From: an uncultured Gemmatimonadales bacterium | GTDB lineage: Bacteria; Gemmatimonadota; Gemmatimonadetes; Longimicrobiales; Gaopeijiaceae | Assembly (NCBI GenBank): GCA_963809895.1 | Contig: CAWELD010000010.1 | Span: 1-64,000, forward strand | Reading direction: 5' to 3' | DNA: 64,000 nucleotides | Shown: piece by piece, positions 50,709-61,111 of the stretch | Layout: each line of letters opens with the position of its first letter | Numbering within the stretch: the first letter of the stretch is position 1 | Program-made: the position numbers and the translations under genes | The notes under the pieces: generated by a model | Seen by the model: only the letters and a program-made list of their open reading frames with translations | Told to the model about the DNA's origin: nothing | Databases searched by the model: none

Positions 50709-52781
50709 ATGAGCGAACGCCCGTCCTTCATCGAAGAGCTGAAACGCCGCAAGGTGGTGCGGGTGGCCATCGTGTACGCGGCGGTGTCGTGGGCCGTGCT
50801 CCAGGTGGCGGACATCGTGGTGCCGGCGCTGGGCCTGTCGGAGAAGATGATGACGGGGCTGGTGGTGCTGCTGGTGCTGGGATTCCCGGTCACGCTGGCG
50901 CTGGCGTGGGCCTTCGACGTGACACCGGAGGGCGTGAAGCGGGCGCCGAAGGCCGAGGCCGCGACGGACGACGAGGGGCACGGCTGGGTGTCCGCGCGCA
51001 CCGTGATCGCTGCCGTGGTCCTGCTCGCCGCGGGTTGGGCCGGTGGCCGCTTCCTGCATCCCGCGGGAGGCGACGACGGCGGTGGTGCCGGCTCGGCGAA
51101 CCTCGCGTCGGTGGCGGTGCTCCCCTTCCGGGACCTGGGCAGCACTACCGACTCCACGCACCTGGCCGACGGCATCCAGGACGACATCCTCACGCAGCTC
51201 GGTCGCATCGACGCGCTCCGGGTCACGTCGCGCACCTCGGTGGAGCGCTACCGGGACACGGACAAGGACATCCCCACCATCGCCGACGAGCTCAAGGTGC
51301 GGGCGGTGCTGGAGGGCGGCGTGCAGCGCACCCCCAACCGGGTGCGCATCAACGTGCAGCTCATCGACGGCGGCACCGACAAGCACCTGTGGGCAGAGAG
51401 CTACGACCGGGCGCTCAATGCCGACAATGTGTTCGCTATCCAGTCGGAGATCGCGCGGGCGGTGGCCGACGCGCTGGAGGCCGCGCTCACGCCAGAAGAC
51501 GAGCGCTCGCTGGCGCAGGTCCCCACGCACGATCTGCGGGCGCTCGACCTCTATCATCGCGGCCGCAGCCTGCTGGACTCGGAGGCCGATGAGGATCAGG
51601 TGGCTGCGATCCCGGTCCTGGAAGAAGCCGTCCGCCGCGACTCGACCTACGTTCGGGCCTGGGCCGCGCTGACGCGGGCGCGGAGTTGGCAGATCCGGCA
51701 GGGCAGGGACTGGGACACGCTTCCGGCGCGCGCGGCGCTGGACCGGACGCTGGCCTTGGCTCCCGGCAGCGCCGAAGCCGCCTTCGCCGAAGGGAATTAT
51801 CTGTACTACGCCCGCGGGGACTACGTCGGCGCCCTCGAGGCGTTCGGCCGCCTGTCCGGCGCCGAGGCGAGCAGCGCCGACGTGACCTTCTTCACGGCCA
51901 ACGTCCTGCGCCGGCTGGGGCGCTGGGACGAGACCGTCGACCGCTATGCCCGGGTGACCCGCCTCGAGCCCGAGAACACCCGGGCCTTCTACGAGCTCGG
52001 GTTCACCTACGAGTCTCTGAGGCGCTTCGGTGAAGCGGATTCGGCCCTGGAGCGGGCGTACGAGGTGGCGCCGGACGTGCCCGAGATCATCCACCAGCAG
52101 ATCGACGTGGCGTTGTGGGGGCGGGGGGACACGGCTCGTGCGCGCACCCTGTTGTCGCGTATGCGACGGGTTACGGGGGATCCCAGGCCGGATCTGGTGG
52201 CGGCCGATCTGGCGTACGTCCAACGTGACCCGCGGGCGCTGGAGATCGCGGCCGGCGTGGACCTGCCCACGGCCGTGTTCGATGCCTACACCCTGGGTCC
52301 GGGCGGTCCGGTGGAGCTCTGGCGCGCGCGCATGGCGTGGGCGTTGGGTGACGCCGCCGAGGCGCGGGCACTCTCCGCGAGGTTCGAGCCGGCCTTCGCG
52401 GCGGCGCGTGCGGGCATGGTAGACGGAGCGCGGCATCCGGGCGTCGGCGCCGACTTCTTCGGCACCCTGGGTGGCCTGCACGCCATCCGGGGGTGGGTCG
52501 CGGCCTTCCAGGGACGCCGGGACGCCGCCCTGGCCGAGGCCGACAGTGCCGTCGCGTTGAACCCGGTGGAGGCCGACGCCCTGGAGGGCGTGGTTCTGCT
52601 GCGACAGCGGGCGCTTATCCGCATCGTGGTGGGGGATGCCGAGGGGGCGGTCGAGGACCTGCGGAGGGTGCTGGAGCTACCGGGACTGACCACCGTCCAG
52701 GAGCTGCGGCTGGTGCCGTTCTACGACTCGTTGCGGGACCGGCCGGATTTCCAGGCGCTGATCGCCAGCGGCGAGCGTTGA
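50709..52781 (+). CDS. Membrane-anchored TolB-like/TPR protein
   Basis: ELKRRKVVRVA TM module; SVAVLPF...LADGIQDDILTQL...VTSRTS; TPRs; DSLRDRPDFQAL tail. Confidence 0.88.
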   Translation: MSERPSFIEELKRRKVVRVAIVYAAVSWAVLQVADIVVPALGLSEKMMTGLVVLLVLGFPVTLALAWAFDVTPEGVKRAPKAEAATDDEGHGWVSARTVIAAVVLLAAGWAGGRFLHPAGGDDGGGAGSANLASVAVLPFRDLGSTTDSTHLADGIQDDILTQLGRIDALRVTSRTSVERYRDTDKDIPTIADELKVRAVLEGGVQRTPNRVRINVQLIDGGTDKHLWAESYDRALNADNVFAIQSEIARAVADALEAALTPEDERSLAQVPTHDLRALDLYHRGRSLLDSEADEDQVAAIPVLEEAVRRDSTYVRAWAALTRARSWQIRQGRDWDTLPARAALDRTLALAPGSAEAAFAEGNYLYYARGDYVGALEAFGRLSGAEASSADVTFFTANVLRRLGRWDETVDRYARVTRLEPENTRAFYELGFTYESLRRFGEADSALERAYEVAPDVPEIIHQQIDVALWGRGDTARARTLLSRMRRVTGDPRPDLVAADLAYVQRDPRALEIAAGVDLPTAVFDAYTLGPGGPVELWRARMAWALGDAAEARALSARFEPAFAAARAGMVDGARHPGVGADFFGTLGGLHAIRGWVAAFQGRRDAALAEADSAVALNPVEADALEGVVLLRQRALIRIVVGDAEGAVEDLRRVLELPGLTTVQELRLVPFYDSLRDRPDFQALIASGER

Positions 52782-52875
52782 CCGGCGGCGGCTGGCGGGG
52801 CGGGTGCGGTCCGGAGGGGCAGGTAGTTCGACGGGCGTGTGGCACGACGGGCCGGCGCCTCAAGCGCCTGCCGCC

Positions 52876-53053
52876 ATGATCAAAGGGACCACGCGTGCGG
52901 CGATCTGAGGCGCGGGGGTGGATTTGGCACGCGGGGGCTGTCGAATCTGGCCGGTCGCCCTCCTCGACCGCGGCCCGCGGTGGATCGGGCGCCTCCAGTG
53001 CGCTCAAACCGCACCATCGTCAGCGCGGCAGCCACGATTGGTCCGTTGGTCAT
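52876..53053. repeat. 178-bp palindromic element family B, copy 2
   Basis: Terminal IRs ATGATCAAAGGGACCA / TGGTCCGTTGGTCAT; shares blocks with 50284-50460. Confidence 0.75.
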
Positions 53054-53170
53054 CCCGCTCCGGCGCCCGATGTGAGCGCCGTGCCTCCGCCGCTGTCGAG
53101 GCGTCCCCAGGTCGCTCGCGCCGAGTACCCCGGCACCGCCGCGTAGCGATCCCCCGGGACTACCGGGTGA

Positions 53171-54535
53171 TCACCGGTTGAACGGGAACTGCTGCACCCA
53201 GTTGAATCCCCGGCTCCGGAGCAGGAACGACTCGGGATCCACGTAGGCCATCTCCAGCCGCACCTGGTGTCCCCCCAGCGGACCCTCGAGCACCAGACGC
53301 TCCGGCGAGGGACGCTGGTAGGTCAGCGTGCGCTCGGTGCGGGCGGAGTCGGGCTCGGTGATGACGACGGTACCGGAGACGGTGTCGACGGCCACCGGAT
53401 ATCCGACGAAGGTGTCGGTCATCCGCTGGAACGAGACGACGGTGGGGCGGTCGAAGACGACGCGGCGCCAGCGGGTGGTGTCGCTGATGAGGGCGGGACG
53501 AGGCTCGCCGTCCACCGTCATCCGCTCCACGTCCCAGATGCCGTACAGGGGTGAGCGGGGGGCCCCGCCGCCGTACGCGGTCCAGGCCTGCATCCCGCTG
53601 CGGAGCGCCATCCCCACGGCCCAGATCCCGAACACCACCTGGGCGATGAGCCAGCCTCGTCGCGCCCGCGGTGTGCGACCCAGCGGCGGCTCGGGAAGGA
53701 CGCGGGTGGTGCGCTGCGCTAGGAACAGCTCCGCGAGCCGGGGCAGGTTGGGCGCCAGCAGGAAGAGCGCCATGAGGACCAGGTGGAACGAGAACAGCTT
53801 CACCGGGACGTCGTAGGTCATGTTCAGCACGAACACGGCGATGCCGTCCATGAGCGCCACGACCGCGCCCAGCAGCGCCGTGCGCGGCACGAACAGCAAG
53901 ATACCCGCCCCCATCTCCGCCAACCCGACGAAGCGCTCGTAGCTGTGCGCCGCGCCGATGGAATACCAGAGCACGCCCATGGGCGAGAAGTGGCCGTACG
54001 GCTCCAGCAGGCGGGTGAGCCCGGGCGCCGGCATCTGCAGCGGAATGAACTTCACGCTGCCGTACAGGAGGAACGTCGTGCCGAGCCCGAAGCGCACGAA
54101 GAGGCGGAACCAGCGGTAGAGGCGCGGGTGGCCGCGCGTTCCTGGCGCACCGGGCGTCCCGGGTGTAGCCGGCGTTACCGACGTCGATCGCTTCCGCCGC
54201 TCGAGCGCGGACCACACGGCGGTGGCCAGCGTCGCGATCAGGAGCAGCGTGAAGACGTGCACCCAGTCGAAGAGGGTGTCGCCGCTGCCGGTGGGGACCA
54301 GGGGGATCTCCTCGATCCCCAGGATGTGGTGCCCGACCCACAAGACCACCGGACGCAGGGGCGGCACCGCGTTCAGCGACGGCACGTTGAGCCCGGGAAT
54401 GGGCAGCAGCCCGCCCAGCATCTGCGTCGTGAGCGTGTAGAGCCCGAAGTAGACGAAGAGGAAGCGGAAGGCCAGGGTGGTGCCGAAGGGCCACGGGCGC
54501 GGAGGCTCGGCCGCGGGAATGTCCGGGTTCGTCAC
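53171..54535 (-). CDS. DoxX-like membrane protein
   Basis: TGSGDT, YGSVKFIPLQM, PMGVLW, LNMTYDVPVKLFS, FLLRSRGFNWVQQFPFNR. Confidence 0.8.
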   Translation of the reverse strand: MTNPDIPAAEPPRPWPFGTTLAFRFLFVYFGLYTLTTQMLGGLLPIPGLNVPSLNAVPPLRPVVLWVGHHILGIEEIPLVPTGSGDTLFDWVHVFTLLLIATLATAVWSALERRKRSTSVTPATPGTPGAPGTRGHPRLYRWFRLFVRFGLGTTFLLYGSVKFIPLQMPAPGLTRLLEPYGHFSPMGVLWYSIGAAHSYERFVGLAEMGAGILLFVPRTALLGAVVALMDGIAVFVLNMTYDVPVKLFSFHLVLMALFLLAPNLPRLAELFLAQRTTRVLPEPPLGRTPRARRGWLIAQVVFGIWAVGMALRSGMQAWTAYGGGAPRSPLYGIWDVERMTVDGEPRPALISDTTRWRRVVFDRPTVVSFQRMTDTFVGYPVAVDTVSGTVVITEPDSARTERTLTYQRPSPERLVLEGPLGGHQVRLEMAYVDPESFLLRSRGFNWVQQFPFNR

Positions 54536-54656
54536 GGGGCACGCCTCGATGGGGAGGGGAGCTGGCGCGTTCTTGGCACTCGCAGACGGGCGCAAGGATG
54601 CGTGGCGGGAGGGCGGGGGGTCAAGAAAGCGCCCATCGATCACCTGATACCGCCCC

Positions 54657-54794
54657 GACGTTTCAGCTGAAACGTCCCGGGGCGCCCCATCGCGGGACCT
54701 CCAGCCCGGACGTGGCGGTGGCGACCCGTCGGCTGCGTTTGGTCAGTCAGAACCTCGAGCCCACCGGTGGCAGCTGGCGTTTCCGCTGAAACGC
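54657..54794. promoter_or_regulatory. Pair of palindromes CGTTTC(A/C)GCTGAAACG between divergent genes
   Basis: GACGTTTCAGCTGAAACGTC (54657-54676, perfect) and GCGTTTCCGCTGAAACGC (54777-54794). Confidence 0.6.
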
Positions 54795-54916
54795 TTCGGT
54801 GCGCGACGCGCGACGTAGGGGATGAGGACACGCCGCCGCGACGGGCGCACGCCGGCGCGCGCACGCGCGATACCATCGATGATCGATCGGATGACCCCTC
54901 CTCGCAGGAACAGGAC

Positions 54917-57900
54917 ATGAAGCTCACCATTCTCGGTGCCGGCCTGACCCTCATCCTGGCGGCGGGCGTCGCTCCGACCCCGACGCTCCCCGACGACATC
55001 ACGTTGCTGGGCGACAACGAGGGCTCCGAGGGCGACATCCTCTCGTTCAGCGCCTTCGTCGACGCCGAAGGGTCCGAGCCGGTCACCTACACGTGGGACT
55101 TCGGCGACGGCGAAGGAGGGCCTTCGGGGGCGGAAGAGAGCGCGGTCATGCACCGCTACACCAAGGACGGCAGCTACACGGTCACCGTGCGGGCCGGCGC
55201 CCTCGAGGCCAGCCTGGAGGTCGAGGTCAAGCCCGAGCCGCCGGTCATCGACGTCCTGTCCGACGAGCCCGACGGCGCCACGGTGCGCTTCGAGGCCGAG
55301 GCCCACGATCCCGGCGACGACGAGCTGACCTACGTCTGGGACTTCGGAGACGGCAGCCAGCCCAGCGAGGGCGTGGATCTGACCGAAACGAGCCATCGCT
55401 ACGCCGAGGCCGGCGACTACACGGTCACCCTCACCGTGCGCGACGAGGACGGGCTCGAGGCCGTACGGGTGTTGGGCGTGGCCGCCAACCGCGGCTTCAA
55501 GGGAGCTTTCGCCGGCGAGGTGCAGCTTCCCTTCGACGGCACCTCGGGCAAGGCCTCGCTCTCCAACGCGCTTCCGGGATCCCGCGCCATCCCCCTGGGC
55601 AATCTGCCCATCTTCACGGGGGCGGCGCCCATGGGTGGCGGCGTCGTGGACCTGAGCGACGCCTTCGGGATCTGCCTGGTGAACGCGGGATTCTGGGACG
55701 ACGAGCACAAGGCCCACATCAACTTCCAGTGGACGCCCAACGCGGACAGCGTCTTCGTCCCGCGCATGTACGTGGTCGGTTGGAAAGGAGCCGAGGACGA
55801 CCGCATCCCCCCGGATCAGCTCCTGGTGAACGCCCTCATTCTGGGCATCGATCCGTCGTACGAGGACACCAAGAACGGCGCCGAAAACATGGAGATCTTC
55901 GCCGGCGGAGGCGGGCTTTCCGGCGCCATCAACACGCTGAAGAGCATGCTGGGCGGGCTGACGGGGGGCGGGGGGCAGGCCGCCGTGGGCCCGGGCCGGA
56001 ACTGGCAGCTGACGTCGTACGCGGGCTTCATCCGGATCACCGGCATCACGTACGAGCGTGTCATGGGCACCATGGACGTCCGCCTGCGGGGTGCCTACAT
56101 GGGCCGCGAGGGCTCGGGCACGGCCAGCTACGTCGAGTTGAAGGGGGATTTCGCCTGGGAGATGGACGAGAACTCACGGGCGAGCATGGCGGCGTGCGGC
56201 GGCCGCGAGTTCGGCATCGACACGCACACGCCGTGGGTCGAGGAGGAGAACGTCGACTTCCGGGAGCCGGACATCAGCCTGACGCTCACCTTCCCCTACC
56301 GGCGCGCCACGGTGACGGATCAGACCTTGCAGGTCGGGTGGCTGGGCAGCGGCGGCGGCTTCAATCCCATCCAGGGACGCCTGGTCCACGACGACGACGA
56401 GGTGACGGTCCACTTCGTGCCCGACGACAAGCTCGAGGACGCGGTGTTCTACAAAGTCCGGGTGAAGGGAGGGCAGGCCGGCATCAAGAGCCGGTCCGGC
56501 GAGACGCTGTCCTCGGACTACGAGTGGCGCTTCTCCACCTATCCGGACTTCGTCATCGAGGGATCGGGTGGAGGCGGGGCCCCCTCGGGAGCGGGTCAGC
56601 AGGAGCAGGAGAGCGACGGGCCGGAGCTCGCGGCCTCGCCGTGGGATGCCTCGGGCGGGAATCCCCCGGAACAGACCCGGCGCGCGGGGCCGTTCGCTAC
56701 CGGGCTCGCCGGCGAGGGAGGTGCGGTGTCGGCGGCGGAAGCGGAATCCCCCCAGCTCGTGCAGAAGCTCTGCGACCGCACCGACCCGAGCGAGTGGAGC
56801 GAGACGCCCACGGTGGACCTGCTGGTCTACCAATCCTCGTGCAACCAGAAGCTGGTCCCCGGCAAGCCGGCCATGGCGCGGGTCTATCTGAACTGGGCCT
56901 ACCCCGCTGGCAAGAAGGGCATCGACAAGTACACGGCGCAGGTTCGCTTCGAGGGTGCGGGGGGGCCGGCGGCGCGCACGGTCACCGTGAAGCGTCAGGA
57001 GCTCTACAGCGACGCGGACCGCAGGGACGCCCGGAACAGCGTGAACTTTCCCTTCACGCCCAGCGGTGGCGGGGTGCAGAAGGTCGCGGCTTCGGTGCAC
57101 GCCTACGGGACCGGCTCGCAGGGGCCGATCAAGGAGCTCGCCGGCCAGGTGCGCACCCTCCAGAGCATGAGCAAGGCGGTCTCCGTCGAGATCCCCATCA
57201 TCTTTCCACAGGTGGGTTCGTGGCGCGACGGCGTCCCCCGAGACGTCATCGATCGGTGGACCGGGCGGCTGAACATCGCCGGTGACGGCGTGGCCTTCGC
57301 GCAGCAGAACTACCCGGTGGTGTCGATCCGCCCGAAGATCGACCCCAAGCCCCTGGTGCTCCAGGGCGAGCCCGAGTCGCGCAGGACCGAGGCGTGTGGT
57401 CCAGGCAACACGCGGCAGTGCATGAACTACCGGCAGTACAGTGTCCTGACCCTCGACGCCGACGACTGGCTCCAGAGCGCGCTCATCACGCATTACACGA
57501 AGAACGGGGGCAAGCGTCCGCCGGTGGTGCTGGCCGTGGTGCCCGAGGACTTCGGCGGTGACTGGGGCGGGATCACGAAGCACGACATCGGGCTCCTGGA
57601 CAGCTTCTCCGACGTACGGCCGCGCACGCCGGCGGTGATCTTCATCAAGGCCGACATGAACACGCGCACGGTGGCCCACGAGATCGGGCACGCGCTGGGG
57701 CTCCCGCACAAGGACACCCGCGACGACGCCGACCGTGATCCGGGCATCGAGGGATTCCGCATCGAGCCGAGTGGCGCCGCGAACAAGTCCTACGCCGAGG
57801 GCAACGCCGCCGCGAGCCAGCTCATCTCGCTCATGGAAGCCGGCGACGCGGACAAGGTCGAGGACAACAACTTCATCCTGAACGACCAGTACCATGCCCT

Positions 57901-59338
57901 GCTCGAGCACCTGGAGAAGAACCCGTTGTGGGTGGCGTCGGCCGAGGGTGACGCCTGGTTCCGACGGGGGGATTCTCCGCTGGACTTCCGCGCGCAGGGG
58001 CAGGCGCTCGGGGGATGGGGTCCCGAGGCCGGGCAACGCTCGGGGCCGTGGGCGCCTCCCGCGCCATCCGAGCCTCCGCAGGCCGGGCCCACGCTCTACG
58101 TGACGGGCTGGGCGCCGCTCGAGGGTGAGGGCGAGGGCTATCTGGATCCCCTGGTGACGCTGGACGCCGCGCCGGAGCCGCCCACGCCCGGCGAGTATCG
58201 GCTCCGGCTCGAGGGCGCCGACGGGAGCGTGCTGGACGAGGTGCCCTTCGAGCCCGAGCGGGAGTACTGGTCCGAGGGCGAGGTGAAGGAGCTCACGCTC
58301 TATCCGTTCCGGTTGCGCTTGCCGTACCGGGACGGGGTGGTGGCTGCGAAGGTCGTGGATCCCTCGGGCACCGTGGTGGCCGAGCGCAGCGCCGGTGCGG
58401 GCGTGCCCGAGGTGCGTTTCCGGGAGGACGGCGGCCGGGTGTGGCGGAGCGGGGGCGCCGTGCGCTGGCAGGGGAGCGATCCCGACGGCGACGCGCTTTC
58501 CTACACGCTGGCGTACCGGCCCGACGACGGCGCCGACTGGCAGACCGTGGTGGCCGACGTGCCGACCACCGAGGTGACGCCGGAGCCCGGCCTCCTCGAG
58601 CCCGGTGACTCGCCCCGCTTCCGCCTCACCGCGTCCGACGGCGTCCACTCGGCCACCGTGGAGTCCGGCAAGGTGGAGCCGGCGCTGGTCGTGGTGGAGC
58701 GCCGTCCGTCGGGCGCCCGTCCGGCGCCGGTCACGACGGTGGTGCAGGTGCGCTTCAACGCTCCGGTGGGCGACGGCGCGCCGGCCGACGCCCTCGTCCT
58801 CACCGGGGGCGACGGCGCCGTGGTGGAGGGCGACGTGCGCGCCTTCGACGAGGGACGCGTGCTGGAGCTCCGCCCCAGGGAGCCGCTGCTGGCGGGGACC
58901 GAGTACGCCGTGGAGCTGAAGGACGGGCTGCGGAGCGTCTCCGGCGCCCGGGGCGACGGGGAGCGTTGGAGCTTCACCACCGAGGCCGACACGACCCCGC
59001 CCGCGGTGATCCGCACATCTCCCCGCCAGGGATCCATCTCCATCCCCGTCGGTGACCGCATCCTGATCCAGTTCTCCGAGGCGATGGACGAGTCGTCGCT
59101 GTCGGGCGCCGTGGTGGTGCGGGACGCCGCGGGCGCGGCGGTGGCCGGGCGGGTCGCCTACGACGGCAAGACGTACGCGGCCTTCGTCCCGGACGCCCCG
59201 TTCGAGCCCGGAACCACCTACGAGGTGAGGGTGACGGGCGCGGCGTTGGACCGTTCCGGCAACGGGGTGGCCGACGAGTACACGTGGACCTTCACGACGG
59301 CGGGCGAGGGCGGTCCGCTCCGGAGGTCCGGGGGATAG
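54917..59338 (+). CDS. Secreted multidomain protein: 2 PKD, Ig-like (Big_5) domains and metzincin-like Zn-peptidase
   Basis: YTWDFGDG and YVWDFGDG; HEIGHALGLPH; repeated P.....Y.V.V....W.FTT Ig-like units; signal peptide. Confidence 0.85.
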   Translation: MKLTILGAGLTLILAAGVAPTPTLPDDITLLGDNEGSEGDILSFSAFVDAEGSEPVTYTWDFGDGEGGPSGAEESAVMHRYTKDGSYTVTVRAGALEASLEVEVKPEPPVIDVLSDEPDGATVRFEAEAHDPGDDELTYVWDFGDGSQPSEGVDLTETSHRYAEAGDYTVTLTVRDEDGLEAVRVLGVAANRGFKGAFAGEVQLPFDGTSGKASLSNALPGSRAIPLGNLPIFTGAAPMGGGVVDLSDAFGICLVNAGFWDDEHKAHINFQWTPNADSVFVPRMYVVGWKGAEDDRIPPDQLLVNALILGIDPSYEDTKNGAENMEIFAGGGGLSGAINTLKSMLGGLTGGGGQAAVGPGRNWQLTSYAGFIRITGITYERVMGTMDVRLRGAYMGREGSGTASYVELKGDFAWEMDENSRASMAACGGREFGIDTHTPWVEEENVDFREPDISLTLTFPYRRATVTDQTLQVGWLGSGGGFNPIQGRLVHDDDEVTVHFVPDDKLEDAVFYKVRVKGGQAGIKSRSGETLSSDYEWRFSTYPDFVIEGSGGGGAPSGAGQQEQESDGPELAASPWDASGGNPPEQTRRAGPFATGLAGEGGAVSAAEAESPQLVQKLCDRTDPSEWSETPTVDLLVYQSSCNQKLVPGKPAMARVYLNWAYPAGKKGIDKYTAQVRFEGAGGPAARTVTVKRQELYSDADRRDARNSVNFPFTPSGGGVQKVAASVHAYGTGSQGPIKELAGQVRTLQSMSKAVSVEIPIIFPQVGSWRDGVPRDVIDRWTGRLNIAGDGVAFAQQNYPVVSIRPKIDPKPLVLQGEPESRRTEACGPGNTRQCMNYRQYSVLTLDADDWLQSALITHYTKNGGKRPPVVLAVVPEDFGGDWGGITKHDIGLLDSFSDVRPRTPAVIFIKADMNTRTVAHEIGHALGLPHKDTRDDADRDPGIEGFRIEPSGAANKSYAEGNAAASQLISLMEAGDADKVEDNNFILNDQYHALLEHLEKNPLWVASAEGDAWFRRGDSPLDFRAQGQALGGWGPEAGQRSGPWAPPAPSEPPQAGPTLYVTGWAPLEGEGEGYLDPLVTLDAAPEPPTPGEYRLRLEGADGSVLDEVPFEPEREYWSEGEVKELTLYPFRLRLPYRDGVVAAKVVDPSGTVVAERSAGAGVPEVRFREDGGRVWRSGGAVRWQGSDPDGDALSYTLAYRPDDGADWQTVVADVPTTEVTPEPGLLEPGDSPRFRLTASDGVHSATVESGKVEPALVVVERRPSGARPAPVTTVVQVRFNAPVGDGAPADALVLTGGDGAVVEGDVRAFDEGRVLELRPREPLLAGTEYAVELKDGLRSVSGARGDGERWSFTTEADTTPPAVIRTSPRQGSISIPVGDRILIQFSEAMDESSLSGAVVVRDAAGAAVAGRVAYDGKTYAAFVPDAPFEPGTTYEVRVTGAALDRSGNGVADEYTWTFTTAGEGGPLRRSGG

Positions 59339-59490
59339 CCTCGCGGGCTGCTGACGGGGGATGTCGTTGCCGTGTCGCAGGTTGCACGCGGGGTCGTCGG
59401 CGTCGCTCCGCGGGCGGCCCATCGGACCATGGCGCTGGCCGGCGGCACCCCCTATCATCGCGCGTGTCCGTCCCCCCGCCATACTGATTC

Positions 59491-61077
59491 ATGAGCCACG
59501 ACCCGAGCCCGGAATCACCCGCGCCCGAGCACCCGGAAGAGGCGTCCACCGCCGATTCCCGGGCGCAGACCGGGTCGTCCTTCGACCGCTACCGGCAGAT
59601 CTACGAAGGCGTGGCGTTGCCGGTCCTGCTGATCGACGCCGACAGCTGGCGCATCCTGGCCGCCAACGAGGCTGCCCTGACCCAGTATGGCTATTCCCAC
59701 GACGAGTTCGTGGGGATGTCGGTGCTCGAGGTGCGCCCACCCAAGGGCCGGGACGAGGCGCGCCGGGTGCTCGGCCAGATGCCCCAGGGCCTGTGGAAGG
59801 CGTCGGGCGTGAAGCACGTGCGCAAAGACGGCTCCGTGTTCCACGCCGACGTCTGGTCGCGGGACACCGTCGTGGAAGGCCGGGCGGTCCGCGTGGCCAC
59901 CGTCAGCGACGTCACCGAGCGCGTGGCACTCCAGAACGAGGTGCAGCAGGCGCAGAAGATGGAGGCCGTGGGCCAGCTCGCCGGGGGCATCGCGCACGAC
60001 TTCAACAACATGCTCACGGCCATCATCGCCGGAACCGACCTGCTCCGGGAGCACGTGGAGGACGATGCGGACGCCGCGCTGGAGGTGCGCGAGATCCGCC
60101 GGGTGGCGCAGCACGCCGCCGCGCTCACGCGCCAGTTGCTGGCGTTCAGCCGCCAGCAGGTCATGCGGGTGGAGGTGGTGCCGCTGAACGACGTGGTCAT
60201 GCGCGTCGAGGCCCTGTTGCAGCGCGTGCTGGGGCCCCACGTCGAGCTGACCACGCAGATGGATCCCGACGCCTGGATGGCGCGCGTGGATCCCCAGCAG
60301 TTGGAGCAGGTGATCGTGAACATGGCGGTGAACGCACAGGACGCCATGCCCGGTGGGGGCGTCCTGGAGATCGCGACCCGCAATCTCACGCTCGCGTCCG
60401 GGGCCAGCTTCGAGGGGGTCAGCATTCCCGCGGGCGAGTACGCCGAGCTCGCCGTGCGGGACACCGGCGTGGGCATGGACCCCCTCACCCGGGCCCGGAT
60501 CTTCGAGCCCTTCTTCACCACCAAGCCGCCGCCCGAGGGCACCGGGCTCGGGCTGTCCATGGCCTACGGCACGGTACGCCAGAGCGGGGGATTCATCGTC
60601 GTGGAGTCCGCGGAGGGCGAGGGTACGACCTTCCGCATCCTGCTGCCGCGCGCCGGCGCGGTGACGGCCGGCGAGGTGGCCGCCCCGTCCGGGGCCGAGG
60701 CCAGGGACGGACGCGCGGTGCTGGTGGTCGAGGACGAGGACTCGGTGCGCCGCATCATCGGCCGCGTCCTCGAGCGCATGGGCTTCGCCGTCACCGCGGT
60801 GGCCAACGGCGAGGAAGCGCTGGCAGTGGTGGAAGCCGGCGGCGTGACACCCGAGCTTCTCGTGACGGGTCTCGTCATGCCGCGCATGAGCGGCGGGGAG
60901 TTGGCGGCGCAACTGTCGGCGGCGCTCCCCGACCTCCGCGTGCTCTTCATCTCGGGATACACCGACGAGGCCGTCGGCCACCTGGGCAAGCTCGGCGACG
61001 GCCGGACCTTCCTGCAGAAGCCCTTCTCGGTGGACTCGCTCAGCCAGGCGGTGCGCGAGGTGCTGCGGGGGGATTGA
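59491..61077 (+). CDS. PAS-domain hybrid histidine kinase/receiver
   Basis: PAS domain; LAGGIAHDFNN; VRDTGVGM, FEPFFTTK, GTGLGL; C-terminal receiver. Confidence 0.93.
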   Translation: MSHDPSPESPAPEHPEEASTADSRAQTGSSFDRYRQIYEGVALPVLLIDADSWRILAANEAALTQYGYSHDEFVGMSVLEVRPPKGRDEARRVLGQMPQGLWKASGVKHVRKDGSVFHADVWSRDTVVEGRAVRVATVSDVTERVALQNEVQQAQKMEAVGQLAGGIAHDFNNMLTAIIAGTDLLREHVEDDADAALEVREIRRVAQHAAALTRQLLAFSRQQVMRVEVVPLNDVVMRVEALLQRVLGPHVELTTQMDPDAWMARVDPQQLEQVIVNMAVNAQDAMPGGGVLEIATRNLTLASGASFEGVSIPAGEYAELAVRDTGVGMDPLTRARIFEPFFTTKPPPEGTGLGLSMAYGTVRQSGGFIVVESAEGEGTTFRILLPRAGAVTAGEVAAPSGAEARDGRAVLVVEDEDSVRRIIGRVLERMGFAVTAVANGEEALAVVEAGGVTPELLVTGLVMPRMSGGELAAQLSAALPDLRVLFISGYTDEAVGHLGKLGDGRTFLQKPFSVDSLSQAVREVLRGD

Positions 61078-61111
61078 GGGCGGGGGGATGTCGGTCAGCC
61101 GCGGCCGCTCC

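Noticed and set aside
56174..59482. Long antisense or alternate-frame ORFs (e.g. 56174-59482, 23426-25732, 33805-35511, 39828-41753, 55093-57285)
   Set aside because: Arg/Gly/Pro/Ala-rich shadow ORFs typical of high-GC DNA, overlapping well-supported genes.
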